From a virus (taxonomy: Duplodnaviria > Caudoviricetes): a stretch of 34,909 nucleotides of DNA. The stretch covers positions 1 to 34,909 of the IMG/VR virus record IMGVR_UViG_3300021962_000334. The stretch is one strand, 5' to 3'. Positions 1 through 7,293 of the stretch are shown piece by piece. The notes below the pieces were generated by a model that worked only from the letters and a program-made list of their open reading frames with translations, was not told where the DNA came from and searched no databases. The translations under genes were made by a program, and so were the position numbers. Every line of letters begins with the position of its first letter. Within the stretch, counting starts at the first letter, position 1.

Positions 1-182
1 AGCGCGGTGTGACCCGAAGAGAAGGCCAGGTTGTCGGTCGCCGACTTGGACTTGAACACGCCGTTGTTGGTGAACGTCAGCGTGTTAGCGGTCTTGAAGG
101 TGGCCGCGTTGGTGCCTTCGGCCAGGCCGGCGGCGGTCAGCGACGCATAGCCGCTGTTGACTTGCTCGATGTTGTAGCTCAT
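1..182 (-). CDS. Putative head decoration/virion structural protein, 5' part only (runs off the left window edge)
   Basis: Read by hand and absent from the ORF track. ATG at 182 follows TAAGGAG, and the frame stays open to position 1: MSYNIEQVNSGYASLTAAGLAEGTNAATFKTANTLTFTNNGVFKSKSATDNLAFSSGHTA. It is Ala/Thr/Gly-rich and lies two genes after the capsid gene. Confidence 0.75.
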   Translation of the reverse strand, partial: MSYNIEQVNSGYASLTAAGLAEGTNAATFKTANTLTFTNNGVFKSKSATDNLAFSSGHTA

Positions 183-193
183 GGAGTGACTCC

Positions 194-403
194 TTAATCG
201 GTCGTGTTGAGAGTGCCCATCGTGCCGGCGTTGGCGGCACCCGAGGTGCCAGAGCCGACGGTGACGCCGTCATGGGTATGCGTGTTGATCGCCTCTTTGA
301 GGGCCGCGAGGTCGAGGAGGATGGAGTCAAAGAGCTGACGGATCTCACGCGAGGTGAGGAGGTCAGGCACCTTGGCCATCCGAACATTGATGCTTTCGCT
401 CAT
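194..403 (-). CDS. Small virion-associated protein (69 aa) with HTH(D)GV motif, probable head fibre/decoration protein
   Basis: AAGGA SD. Directly downstream of the capsid gene. The INTHTHDGV motif is typical of trimeric phage spike/fibre proteins. Confidence 0.7.
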   Translation of the reverse strand: MSESINVRMAKVPDLLTSREIRQLFDSILLDLAALKEAINTHTHDGVTVGSGTSGAANAGTMGTLNTTD

Positions 404-423
404 GGTGGATTCCTTGTTGAGTA

Positions 424-445
424 GGGGCCCGGTTGCCCGGGCCCC
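424..445 (-). other. Strong GC hairpin with GCAA (GNRA) tetraloop just after the capsid stop; mRNA-stabilising or partial terminator
   Basis: Minus strand reads GGGGCCCGG-GCAA-CCGGGCCCC, a perfect 9-bp stem. It is followed by TACTC, so there is no U-tract. Confidence 0.7.
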
Positions 446-451
446 AGGTCA

Positions 452-1510
452 TCACAGAGCGGTCACACCGGCCTCGATACGGGCCATGAAGGCGTCGTTC
501 AGGCGGACGGTCGCGAACCAGGTGGACGCGCCCACGTAGCCGAACTGGCCAAGCGGGTTGGCGTGGTTGGTCTGGCTGGCCTTCAGGACGATCGGCTTGA
601 TGGCCGACATGCCCTTGAGCGCAACCTGGCCCCAGCAGTCTTCACCGATGATGATGAAGGGGTAGACGTCCACGTTCGCGCCACCCACCGACAGCATGCC
701 GTTGAGCGTGCCCGAGCCCGCGGCCGCGAACGACTTCAGCAGCGGCGAGGAGATGAAGCGGAAGTCCTCGCAGGCGCCGACTTCGCGGTCGTGAATCGGC
801 TTGAACGAGCCGTACTCTTCCACGCGGGTGAAGCCCGGCAGGTTGCGGATGTCAGCGACGGCGTCGGTGTGGCAGAACACGATGTACGCGGGCTGCACGG
901 CACGGGTGCCGAAGTTCACGCCCGGGGCGAGACGCGAGGTCACGCGGCGAGCACGGTTCGACTCCAGGGTCCGCGCGGACTTGCGCAGCGCGTTCAGGCT
1001 GATTGCGGTGTTGACCGCCGAGCGGCTGGAGCCGTTGGCGTACACAACCGTCGAGCCGGCCTTCAGCACGCCGTAGCGCACCAGCTCCATCACCTCGGCC
1101 AGGGTCTCGCCGGTCAGCTTGACCATCTCGCCCGGGATGTCGTCTTCGTACAGCTGCTCGACTTTCGAGCTGTACTTGAACAGCACGCCGTACTGCTGCA
1201 GCTGCACGGTCACGTCTTGGAACGAGATCGTGTTCGCGTTCGGGGTCACGCCCTCGGCCAGCACGAAGTTCGACGCGGTGATGTCGGGAGTGCCGACGTA
1301 GCGGGACGAGTCCTCGATCGTGGTGCCCGTGGTCGACGCACCGAACGGCAGGGTACGACGGAAGACCAGGGTGTCGGTCGAGTTCTGCGGCATCTCGCGC
1401 TGCGTGCCGAAGTCACCGAGGACGGTGATCGGCTGCGCATGCTCAAGCATGCCCTGGGCCGCACGGATCAGATTCCGCGAGGCAACGGTGCCGTAATTCT
1501 GGATAGCCAT
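452..1510 (-). CDS. Major capsid protein, N4-gp56-like family (352 aa)
   Basis: Size, position after the scaffold gene, and motifs (MPQNSTDTLVFRR, LAEGVTP, LQQYG, NPLGQFGYVG) typical of N4-gp56-type capsid proteins. AAGGA SD and tandem TGA TGA stops. Confidence 0.92.
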   Translation of the reverse strand: MAIQNYGTVASRNLIRAAQGMLEHAQPITVLGDFGTQREMPQNSTDTLVFRRTLPFGASTTGTTIEDSSRYVGTPDITASNFVLAEGVTPNANTISFQDVTVQLQQYGVLFKYSSKVEQLYEDDIPGEMVKLTGETLAEVMELVRYGVLKAGSTVVYANGSSRSAVNTAISLNALRKSARTLESNRARRVTSRLAPGVNFGTRAVQPAYIVFCHTDAVADIRNLPGFTRVEEYGSFKPIHDREVGACEDFRFISSPLLKSFAAAGSGTLNGMLSVGGANVDVYPFIIIGEDCWGQVALKGMSAIKPIVLKASQTNHANPLGQFGYVGASTWFATVRLNDAFMARIEAGVTAL

Positions 1511-1538
1511 GATTCAGGTTCCTTGTAGGGATGTGTGG

Positions 1539-2447
1539 TCAGTAGCCGCGCTGCGCTCGGGTTTTCTCGCGCTGTGCGGCTTCGTAGTTCCAAAGCTCTT
1601 CCGGTGACATGTCGCCCAGGGTCTTGGGCGGCGGCGTCTGGCCGGGGCGGACGGTTGCTGCAGCGGCAAGCCGTTGGTTGCGCTCTTGTCGGACTTCCGT
1701 TGCGGGGCGCGTGCGAGCCTTCTCGTACAGATCCAGCATCTTCAGCGCGTCCCTTGCCTGCGGGCTGTCGGCCAAAGCGCGGACATCGTTGGCTTGCACG
1801 GAGTACCAGGCGGCGAATTCCGGGGTGTTGATGGTCTCGCGCCAGTTTTCGTACTTGCCTTCAATGCGTGCTTCTTCGATGGCTCGGGACATCTCTGCCT
1901 TGGTCTGCGCCACCTGCTGCTGCACGTAGCCGGCCACCTGTTCAGGTGTCAGGCCCGGTTGCTGCGGCTGAACGCTTCCCAACTTGGCAGCGACGTACTC
2001 TTCCATCGCGCCTGCCCACTCAGGAAAGTCTTCCTTGAGCTGCTCCCACTTTTCCGGGTTCTTGGCTGCGGCAGCCATCTGTCCCTGCGACGGCGCCTGT
2101 TCGGGTGCGACCGTCGTCGCAGCCTGGCGCGCTTGCTGGAACTCTCGCTGCATCGCTGCCACGCGACCCTCGGCGGTCTTGACGTGTTGCAGCAGCTGGG
2201 CGTTTGCTTGCTCCAGCTGAGGGATCTTGGCCAGAGCGGCCCTGACCTCAGGCGGGAGTGAAGCCAGCGGATCGGTCTGCTCAGCAGCAGGCTCAACAAC
2301 TTCCGGTTCGGCGTCTTGCGGCGGCAATTCGTCTGCCGGCGCAGCGGCCTCTACAGGCTCAGGCGCGGGCGCGTCGCCGGCGTCGAGCTTTGTGGCCTCT
2401 TCGTTCCAGATGTCTTGCAACTGCTCTTGAGTCAGGTTCTCATCCAC
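1539..2447 (-). CDS. Capsid scaffolding protein (302 aa)
   Basis: GTG start after GGAGG. Acidic, Pro/Ala-rich N-terminus followed by coiled-coil-like helices. Immediately upstream of the capsid gene. Confidence 0.8.
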   Translation of the reverse strand: MDENLTQEQLQDIWNEEATKLDAGDAPAPEPVEAAAPADELPPQDAEPEVVEPAAEQTDPLASLPPEVRAALAKIPQLEQANAQLLQHVKTAEGRVAAMQREFQQARQAATTVAPEQAPSQGQMAAAAKNPEKWEQLKEDFPEWAGAMEEYVAAKLGSVQPQQPGLTPEQVAGYVQQQVAQTKAEMSRAIEEARIEGKYENWRETINTPEFAAWYSVQANDVRALADSPQARDALKMLDLYEKARTRPATEVRQERNQRLAAAATVRPGQTPPPKTLGDMSPEELWNYEAAQREKTRAQRGY

Positions 2448-2459
2448 TGTTACGCCTCC

Positions 2460-2485
2460 AAAAACAAAAGCCGCCCGAAGGCGGC
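2460..2485 (-). terminator. Intrinsic terminator directly upstream of the scaffold RBS
   Basis: Minus strand GCCGCC-TTCG-GGCGGC-TTTTGTTTTT, i.e. a cUUCGg tetraloop plus U-tract, followed immediately by GGAGG. Confidence 0.75.
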
Positions 2486-2507
2486 CTCATGCCAGGGCCA
2501 ACCGAGA

Positions 2508-2711
2508 TCAATCGTCCGGGGTGGCCACTACATCCCGAGCTGCCGCGTTGGGCAGGTCGAGGAATCTTTTGATGAACCGGATCTCGCCTCTGAGGGCGGC
2601 GGTTTCGTCCGCGGGCAGCTTGACGGCGTCGTTCTTTTCGCGCGCTCTCTTGAGCTGCTCCTCAGCCCATTTCCTGAGCTGGTGCCATGTTGCAGACTGG
2701 TAGTCGATCAT
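2508..2711 (-). CDS. Small helical head-assembly-region protein (67 aa), resembling the small genes between portal and scaffold in podoviruses
   Basis: ORF track. Helical composition with the ETAALRGEIRFIKRFLDLP motif, and its genomic position. Confidence 0.7.
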   Translation of the reverse strand: MIDYQSATWHQLRKWAEEQLKRAREKNDAVKLPADETAALRGEIRFIKRFLDLPNAAARDVVATPDD

Positions 2712-2718
2712 GCCAATG

Positions 2719-2742
2719 AAAAAGCCGCCCTCAGGCGGCTTT
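2719..2742 (-). terminator. Intrinsic (possibly bidirectional) terminator
   Basis: Plus strand AAAAAGCCGCC-CTCA-GGCGGCTTT. On the minus strand the stem is followed by TTTTT. Confidence 0.72.
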
Positions 2743-2814
2743 CAGAAAATTGTGGGCGCACGGGCCCCGCACAGATTTTAACGGCACTTCCTGTGCGGGC
2801 GCAAGACGCTGTGC

Positions 2815-3180
2815 TCAAGCCAAGAACCGCAGCTTATACAGCGTGGATTGGTAGAGCGACACCACGGCGTCGATCTCGTTGTGCAAGGCGCTTTCCTCGC
2901 GCGGGCAGATCCGCTTGCGGTTGTCTTCGATCCACGCCAGCTGCTGGTCCAGGATGTCGGCAATCTCGCCCTCAAACCCGTTGTCCATCAAAGGGATGTC
3001 CAGCAGCTCGTTGTACCGACCTTGGTACGCCTCAGCAAAAGCGTCGATCAGCGGGATGACGCCCTCGTAGAAAGCGCCCAGCGCCATGTGCTCAGCGTAG
3101 CTGCGGGTCTTGAGGTGCGCTCGATGCGCCAGGTCGCGCCCCAAAAACACCATCGCCACGAATTCACCGGCAGTCTTCAC
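2815..3180 (-). CDS. Ferritin/Dps-like four-helix protein, DUF5856-like (121 aa)
   Basis: Pattern AHLKTRSYAEHMALGAFYE..LIDAFAEAYQGRY..LHNEID..TLYKLRFL, with His/Glu/Asp spacing like a Dps ferroxidase centre. The GTG start overlaps the upstream TGA. Confidence 0.7.
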   Translation of the reverse strand: MKTAGEFVAMVFLGRDLAHRAHLKTRSYAEHMALGAFYEGVIPLIDAFAEAYQGRYNELLDIPLMDNGFEGEIADILDQQLAWIEDNRKRICPREESALHNEIDAVVSLYQSTLYKLRFLA

Positions 3181-3347
3181 TTCATCGCTCCCCTGATCAG
3201 CCCGCGGCCAGCGGTCTTGGAGGACTGCTTGAACGCCTCGGCGGTCGGTGCGCCCTTCTCGCCGGGCTTACGCATGCGTTCGCCGCTGCCTTCTTTGATC
3301 CGCTCGCGCTTGGCGTGGATGTTTGCGTACAAACCCGGTTTGTTCAT
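3177..3347 (-). CDS. Small basic phage protein (56 aa), GLYANIHAKR family
   Basis: Read by hand (below the ORF-track cutoff): MNKPGLYANIHAKRERIKEGSGERMRKPGEKGAPTAEAFKQSSKTAGRGLIRGAMK. It fills the gap exactly and overlaps the next gene by GTGA. Confidence 0.85.
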   Translation of the reverse strand: MNKPGLYANIHAKRERIKEGSGERMRKPGEKGAPTAEAFKQSSKTAGRGLIRGAMK

Positions 3348-3351
3348 GGTG

Positions 3352-3603
3352 TCACCATTTCACTCTGTCTGCCCAGTACGCGGCCGACATCTTGCCCTTG
3401 GCGATGTTGTCCGCGTGCCTGGCCTTGAACGCTTTGTTGCGGGCTGACCCTTCGGGCGAACCCTTCACGCCCTGTTGCCCGAACCGGATCAGCTTTTCTT
3501 TGCCGTCCGCGCACGCCTTGACGACGTGGCTTTTCTTCGGGTGGTCAGGCGTGGCGCGAGGCTTGTTGCAGTCCATCGCGCTCTTGATCAGGCCCTTGCT
3601 CAC
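3352..3603 (-). CDS. Small basic phage protein (83 aa) with IRFGQQG..FKARH..SAAYWA motif
   Basis: ORF track. Lys/Arg-rich, with a motif pattern recurrent in phage head-region hypothetical proteins. Confidence 0.8.
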   Translation of the reverse strand: MSKGLIKSAMDCNKPRATPDHPKKSHVVKACADGKEKLIRFGQQGVKGSPEGSARNKAFKARHADNIAKGKMSAAYWADRVKW

Positions 3604-3611
3604 GGCTGGCG

Positions 3612-3980
3612 TCAGTACGAGACTTTGGCGTAGCGCGCGTGGATGGCCACGATCACGTCCACGTCAGTGCCAGTGCCGCCAACCGTGGCCGGCCGGATAT
3701 AAGCCGGGTTCTCGTTGACGCTGTGAACCCCAGCCGACGTAAGGCCCAAGGTGGTAGTGCCGCCCTTTTGAGTCATAGCGTGCCAGTTCACGCCGTCGTT
3801 GCTACCCTGCAGCCGCACGGTAGCGCTGCCGAACGTGCCGATCGCCTGCACAGTGATGTCGGCTGCAAACGGCAGGGCGAACGGCGCGCCGCTGTCGGCG
3901 TCGCCAAGAGCTTCCCAGGTCAGCAGGATTGCGCCGTTGACGCTGTTGCGGTCGGTGCGCGTGAGTGCAATGGTTGCCAT
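3612..3980 (-). CDS. Putative beta-rich virion structural protein (122 aa)
   Basis: AAGGAG SD. GTFGSATVRLQGSNDGVNW motif typical of small jelly-roll-like phage structural proteins. Confidence 0.7.
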   Translation of the reverse strand: MATIALTRTDRNSVNGAILLTWEALGDADSGAPFALPFAADITVQAIGTFGSATVRLQGSNDGVNWHAMTQKGGTTTLGLTSAGVHSVNENPAYIRPATVGGTGTDVDVIVAIHARYAKVSY

Positions 3981-4004
3981 GTTGGCTCCTTTGGTTGTTT
4001 ACGG

Positions 4005-4784
4005 TTAGCCCCAGCCCGTGCCGAAGTCAACCGGCGGCTCATACGGCGTGTCCGGCGGCGGTGGCTCGGGCGGCGGCTCAGTAGTGCCGCCAGCCCGAGA
4101 TCGTCCAAGCCCGCCGCCAAGCACGCCGCCCTTGACGATCTCGCTGGAGATCAACCCTGCGCGCTCTTGCTCAGCCAAGGTTGGCTGGTTCAACTTTCGG
4201 AGCTGAGCGGCGGTCGGATCTGGCCGACCGGCAGGCATGGTGAATGTTTGCTCGGCGGGCCTGTCAGCAAAGGTCGACGTGTTGACGTCAGCCGTGTAAA
4301 TGGTTTGGACCAGAGAATTGCCATACTCGTCTTGGCCACTCCCAACTTGCTGGCTGCCCGTAATTTTTGAGTTCAAAGGCAAGAACGTCACCGCACCGTT
4401 TTGCTCTATGCGGTAATACCCTGTTCTTCCGGGGTCCACGTCGGTGGCGCCCACGGTTCCGTAGCGCACGTCGTTGTAGGTCTGTGTGCTGGCCGCAGTC
4501 GGGTTCTGCCGAAGCATCAGGTAGTTTGAGTTTCCTGGGTTCGGCGTCAGACCAAAATCACCCAGCGTCTTGCCTTCGGGCAATGCCGCAACCGACAGCT
4601 GCCCGGTCGCAGCGTCCGACAGATAGACAGTGCCCTGCGTGTCAACCACGTAGGCGTTGCCGTTGGCGTCGGTGAAGAACGAATCGTTGTAGTTGCCGAT
4701 TGTGCTGTTGTAGTTGCGCACCTGGCGCTGGTACGCCTCCACCGCTCGCTGGTAGGCGTCGATGTCGCGGGCCAGCACGCTCAT
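4005..4784 (-). CDS. Hypothetical protein (259 aa): N-terminal coiled coil, beta-rich middle, Pro-rich C-terminus
   Basis: ORF track. Starts 1 nt after the portal stop and tiles the operon. Confidence 0.75.
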   Translation of the reverse strand: MSVLARDIDAYQRAVEAYQRQVRNYNSTIGNYNDSFFTDANGNAYVVDTQGTVYLSDAATGQLSVAALPEGKTLGDFGLTPNPGNSNYLMLRQNPTAASTQTYNDVRYGTVGATDVDPGRTGYYRIEQNGAVTFLPLNSKITGSQQVGSGQDEYGNSLVQTIYTADVNTSTFADRPAEQTFTMPAGRPDPTAAQLRKLNQPTLAEQERAGLISSEIVKGGVLGGGLGRSRAGGTTEPPPEPPPPDTPYEPPVDFGTGWG

Positions 4785-4785
4785 G

Positions 4786-7017
4786 TCAGATCCCCGATCC
4801 CGCGACGAGCTTCAAGCGCTGTTCGGCAGCAAACAGCTCTTTGCGGCCGCGTTCCTTGATCGCCGTATCAGCCAGCTTGGCCTTGATCTGCTCCAGCGTC
4901 AGGTTCTGCACGTTGGCCATCTTCAGCATCTCGATCTCGCGGTTGAGCTGCAGCTCCTCACGCCGCGCCGCGATGTCAGCCTGCTTGATCGCCAAGCGGG
5001 TCTGCAGCTCGGCCAGGTCGCCCTGGTTCTGCGCCTGCACCTTCTGCATGTCGGTCTGCGCCCGGATCTGCGCGGCCTGGATGCGCGGATCAGGCGGCGG
5101 ACCCTGCTCGGCCATCTTCGCTTGCTGCTCCTTCATCTGCTCGATCTCTTCCGGCGACTTGAACACCTCGGCCGGGTCGATGTGCTGCGCCTGCAGCGCC
5201 TTCTCGAAGAGCTTCTGCGGGTCGATGAACGGACCGAACAGCGGGTTGGCCGCGGCGCCCAGCAGGTTCAGGAACGCCTGGTTCTGGATGTCGCGGATCA
5301 GCAGCGCGCTTGAACCACGGGCGTCGATCGTAAAGTCGCCTTTAATCTCCTCGTCCTCGCCGTACATCATGTTCCAGTCGTAGTACCGGCGGATGTGAGG
5401 ACGGGTGATCATGTCGTCGAACTGCTTGACCAGCCGGCGCAGCACCACGTTCGCTGAGTTCATCAGCATCTGCATGCCGCCTACCGTATCTGGTGCAGCG
5501 CCTTTTTCGCCCTGCATGATCGTCGGCACGCCGGTCTCGGCGTCGGCCAGCTCGGTGGCCATCTTGATGATGTTCGACAGCTCGTCTTGGTGACTGTTGA
5601 ACTCGAACGTCGCAAACGCCTTCCTGACGTCGTCCATGTCGTCGGTGGCAAACCAGATTTTGCGGGACGACAGCTGCCACTGCTTGTCCGCCGGCTGGAT
5701 GACGTTCGGGTTCATCACAATCTGCGGGCCTGAGCTCACGCCTGCGTTGTCCATCATCTGGCGCCAGGCGGCGTTCAGCACCTTCTGCTGCGCGCGCATC
5801 AGGTACGGCACGCCGTAGCCCCAGCACGACCCGGCCACCTTCTCCCACACGTAGAAGTCGTAAGGCAGCTGGCCGTCGTCCAGCGGGTTCAGGAACGCCT
5901 TGACGACCGTGTTGTTGATCATCACGACGCAAGCGTTGATCGACCGCAGCGAGTCTTTCTCGCCCATCTCGATGCCACACGCCTCTAGGTCCTCGTGGTC
6001 GACCTCGCCCCAGTACTCCCACATCTCGTAAGTGTCGCGCGCGACGTCACGCCGCTCCTCGTCCTCCAGCTCCTGGAAGGTGGCGCTGCGCTTGGGACCC
6101 TCGTCAATCACCTTGCGCAGCTGGCTGGTCATGTAACCCGGCTGCTTGGCGAGGTCGCGGACCTGCTTGACCGTGAGCTTCTGCCGCTCGTAGACGCCCT
6201 TGCCGTCATGCACGTTCTCGCCGCACCCCGGGTCCGGGAACACGTTGCGCGGGTCTACGCGGAAACTGGCCGGGCGCAGCTCCTCGACCATGATCACCTC
6301 ATGCACCATCTCGCCGTAGGCGTCGGTGCGCGACTGCCAGGCCTTGCGCGTGCGGTTCATCACCACCGGGCCCTTGACCACGCCCGTGCCCAGCACGGCC
6401 GCGTCGTGGATCACCTTGCGCAGCTCGCCGTTGTAGTCGCACTCGACCAGCTGGTCGTCGATCTCGGTCTGCATGGCCTCGGCCTTGCGCCTGGCCATCT
6501 CCATCACCGCCCGCGCCACGTCCTTCTTGCGCGCGGGCCTGCCCTGATCGTCCATCACCGGAGCGCCAGTCTGCGGCTCCACCGCCGGGCTGTTGTCTTC
6601 AGACATACCGATCAGGAACGGCTCGGGCGTGGGCTCGATGCCCCAGTTGCGGTCGTCGGTCGGCAGCAGGATGTCGGCAATGCGAGCCTCTGCCGCGTTC
6701 GTTTTCTGTCGAGTCATCCCGATGAAGACGGTGCTGCGGTGGGGCTTGGCGTGCTGCGTGGTGACCGGGTAGCCCTGCTCCACGCTGGTCATCATCTGAC
6801 TGGCCGCGCGGTTGACGTTGTCCTTGCCGTTGTACTGGTCCAGGTCCTCCAGCCAGCGCTTGTCCACGCCGTAGCTGTACCGATCCCTGATCCACTCGTC
6901 GCGCTGCTTGCCCAGGTTGTAGCCGAACGACTGCAGGCGCTCTTCGCGCTTCTCCCGCTCGGCCTCGGGGTCCATCACCTCGATCTCGACGTCGACCGGG
7001 TTGGTGGGGTCAATCAT
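4786..7017 (-). CDS. Portal (head-tail connector) protein, P22-like podoviral type (743 aa)
   Basis: Follows TerL. Size, the motifs DAAVLGTGVVKGP and WGYGVPYLMRAQQKVLN, and a Gln/Ala-rich C-terminal helical barrel fit. Start moved to ATG 7017, which has a GGAGGAG SD. Confidence 0.88.
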   Translation of the reverse strand: MIDPTNPVDVEIEVMDPEAEREKREERLQSFGYNLGKQRDEWIRDRYSYGVDKRWLEDLDQYNGKDNVNRAASQMMTSVEQGYPVTTQHAKPHRSTVFIGMTRQKTNAAEARIADILLPTDDRNWGIEPTPEPFLIGMSEDNSPAVEPQTGAPVMDDQGRPARKKDVARAVMEMARRKAEAMQTEIDDQLVECDYNGELRKVIHDAAVLGTGVVKGPVVMNRTRKAWQSRTDAYGEMVHEVIMVEELRPASFRVDPRNVFPDPGCGENVHDGKGVYERQKLTVKQVRDLAKQPGYMTSQLRKVIDEGPKRSATFQELEDEERRDVARDTYEMWEYWGEVDHEDLEACGIEMGEKDSLRSINACVVMINNTVVKAFLNPLDDGQLPYDFYVWEKVAGSCWGYGVPYLMRAQQKVLNAAWRQMMDNAGVSSGPQIVMNPNVIQPADKQWQLSSRKIWFATDDMDDVRKAFATFEFNSHQDELSNIIKMATELADAETGVPTIMQGEKGAAPDTVGGMQMLMNSANVVLRRLVKQFDDMITRPHIRRYYDWNMMYGEDEEIKGDFTIDARGSSALLIRDIQNQAFLNLLGAAANPLFGPFIDPQKLFEKALQAQHIDPAEVFKSPEEIEQMKEQQAKMAEQGPPPDPRIQAAQIRAQTDMQKVQAQNQGDLAELQTRLAIKQADIAARREELQLNREIEMLKMANVQNLTLEQIKAKLADTAIKERGRKELFAAEQRLKLVAGSGI

Positions 7018-7291
7018 TGTCGTGCTCCTCCGGCTCCACATACGGCACCCGCGACTCGACGTGGATGCGCATGAAGTCGCGCTTGAGCGCTTCGAGCGCG
7101 CCAAGCACTGCGTACAGGTTGCTCTCGCCGTCGTTCATGTTCAGCTCAAAAAGATCGCCGATGTCGCCATCGCGAGTCTCGATCAGGCACACAAGCGACA
7201 CCACGTCGCCGCTGACAATTCCTTCGATGATCGGCATCAGCTGCTCAGGGATCGCCGCGCTCTTGTCGCCAATCAGTTTCTGCAGGTCCAC
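7010..7291 (-). CDS. Hypothetical acidic protein (93 aa) between TerL and portal
   Basis: ORF track. Tiles the gap, and its 3' end contains the portal SD. Confidence 0.7.
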   Translation of the reverse strand: MDLQKLIGDKSAAIPEQLMPIIEGIVSGDVVSLVCLIETRDGDIGDLFELNMNDGESNLYAVLGALEALKRDFMRIHVESRVPYVEPEEHDND

Positions 7292-7293
7292 GG

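Noticed and set aside
449-454. Capsid stop read-through or frameshift extension
   Set aside because: There are tandem TGA TGA stops and no obvious slippery sequence at the gene end.
7018-7104. 29-aa N-terminal extension of the portal given by the ORF track
   Set aside because: It overlaps the 93-aa gene, and a strong GGAGGAG SD precedes ATG 7017.
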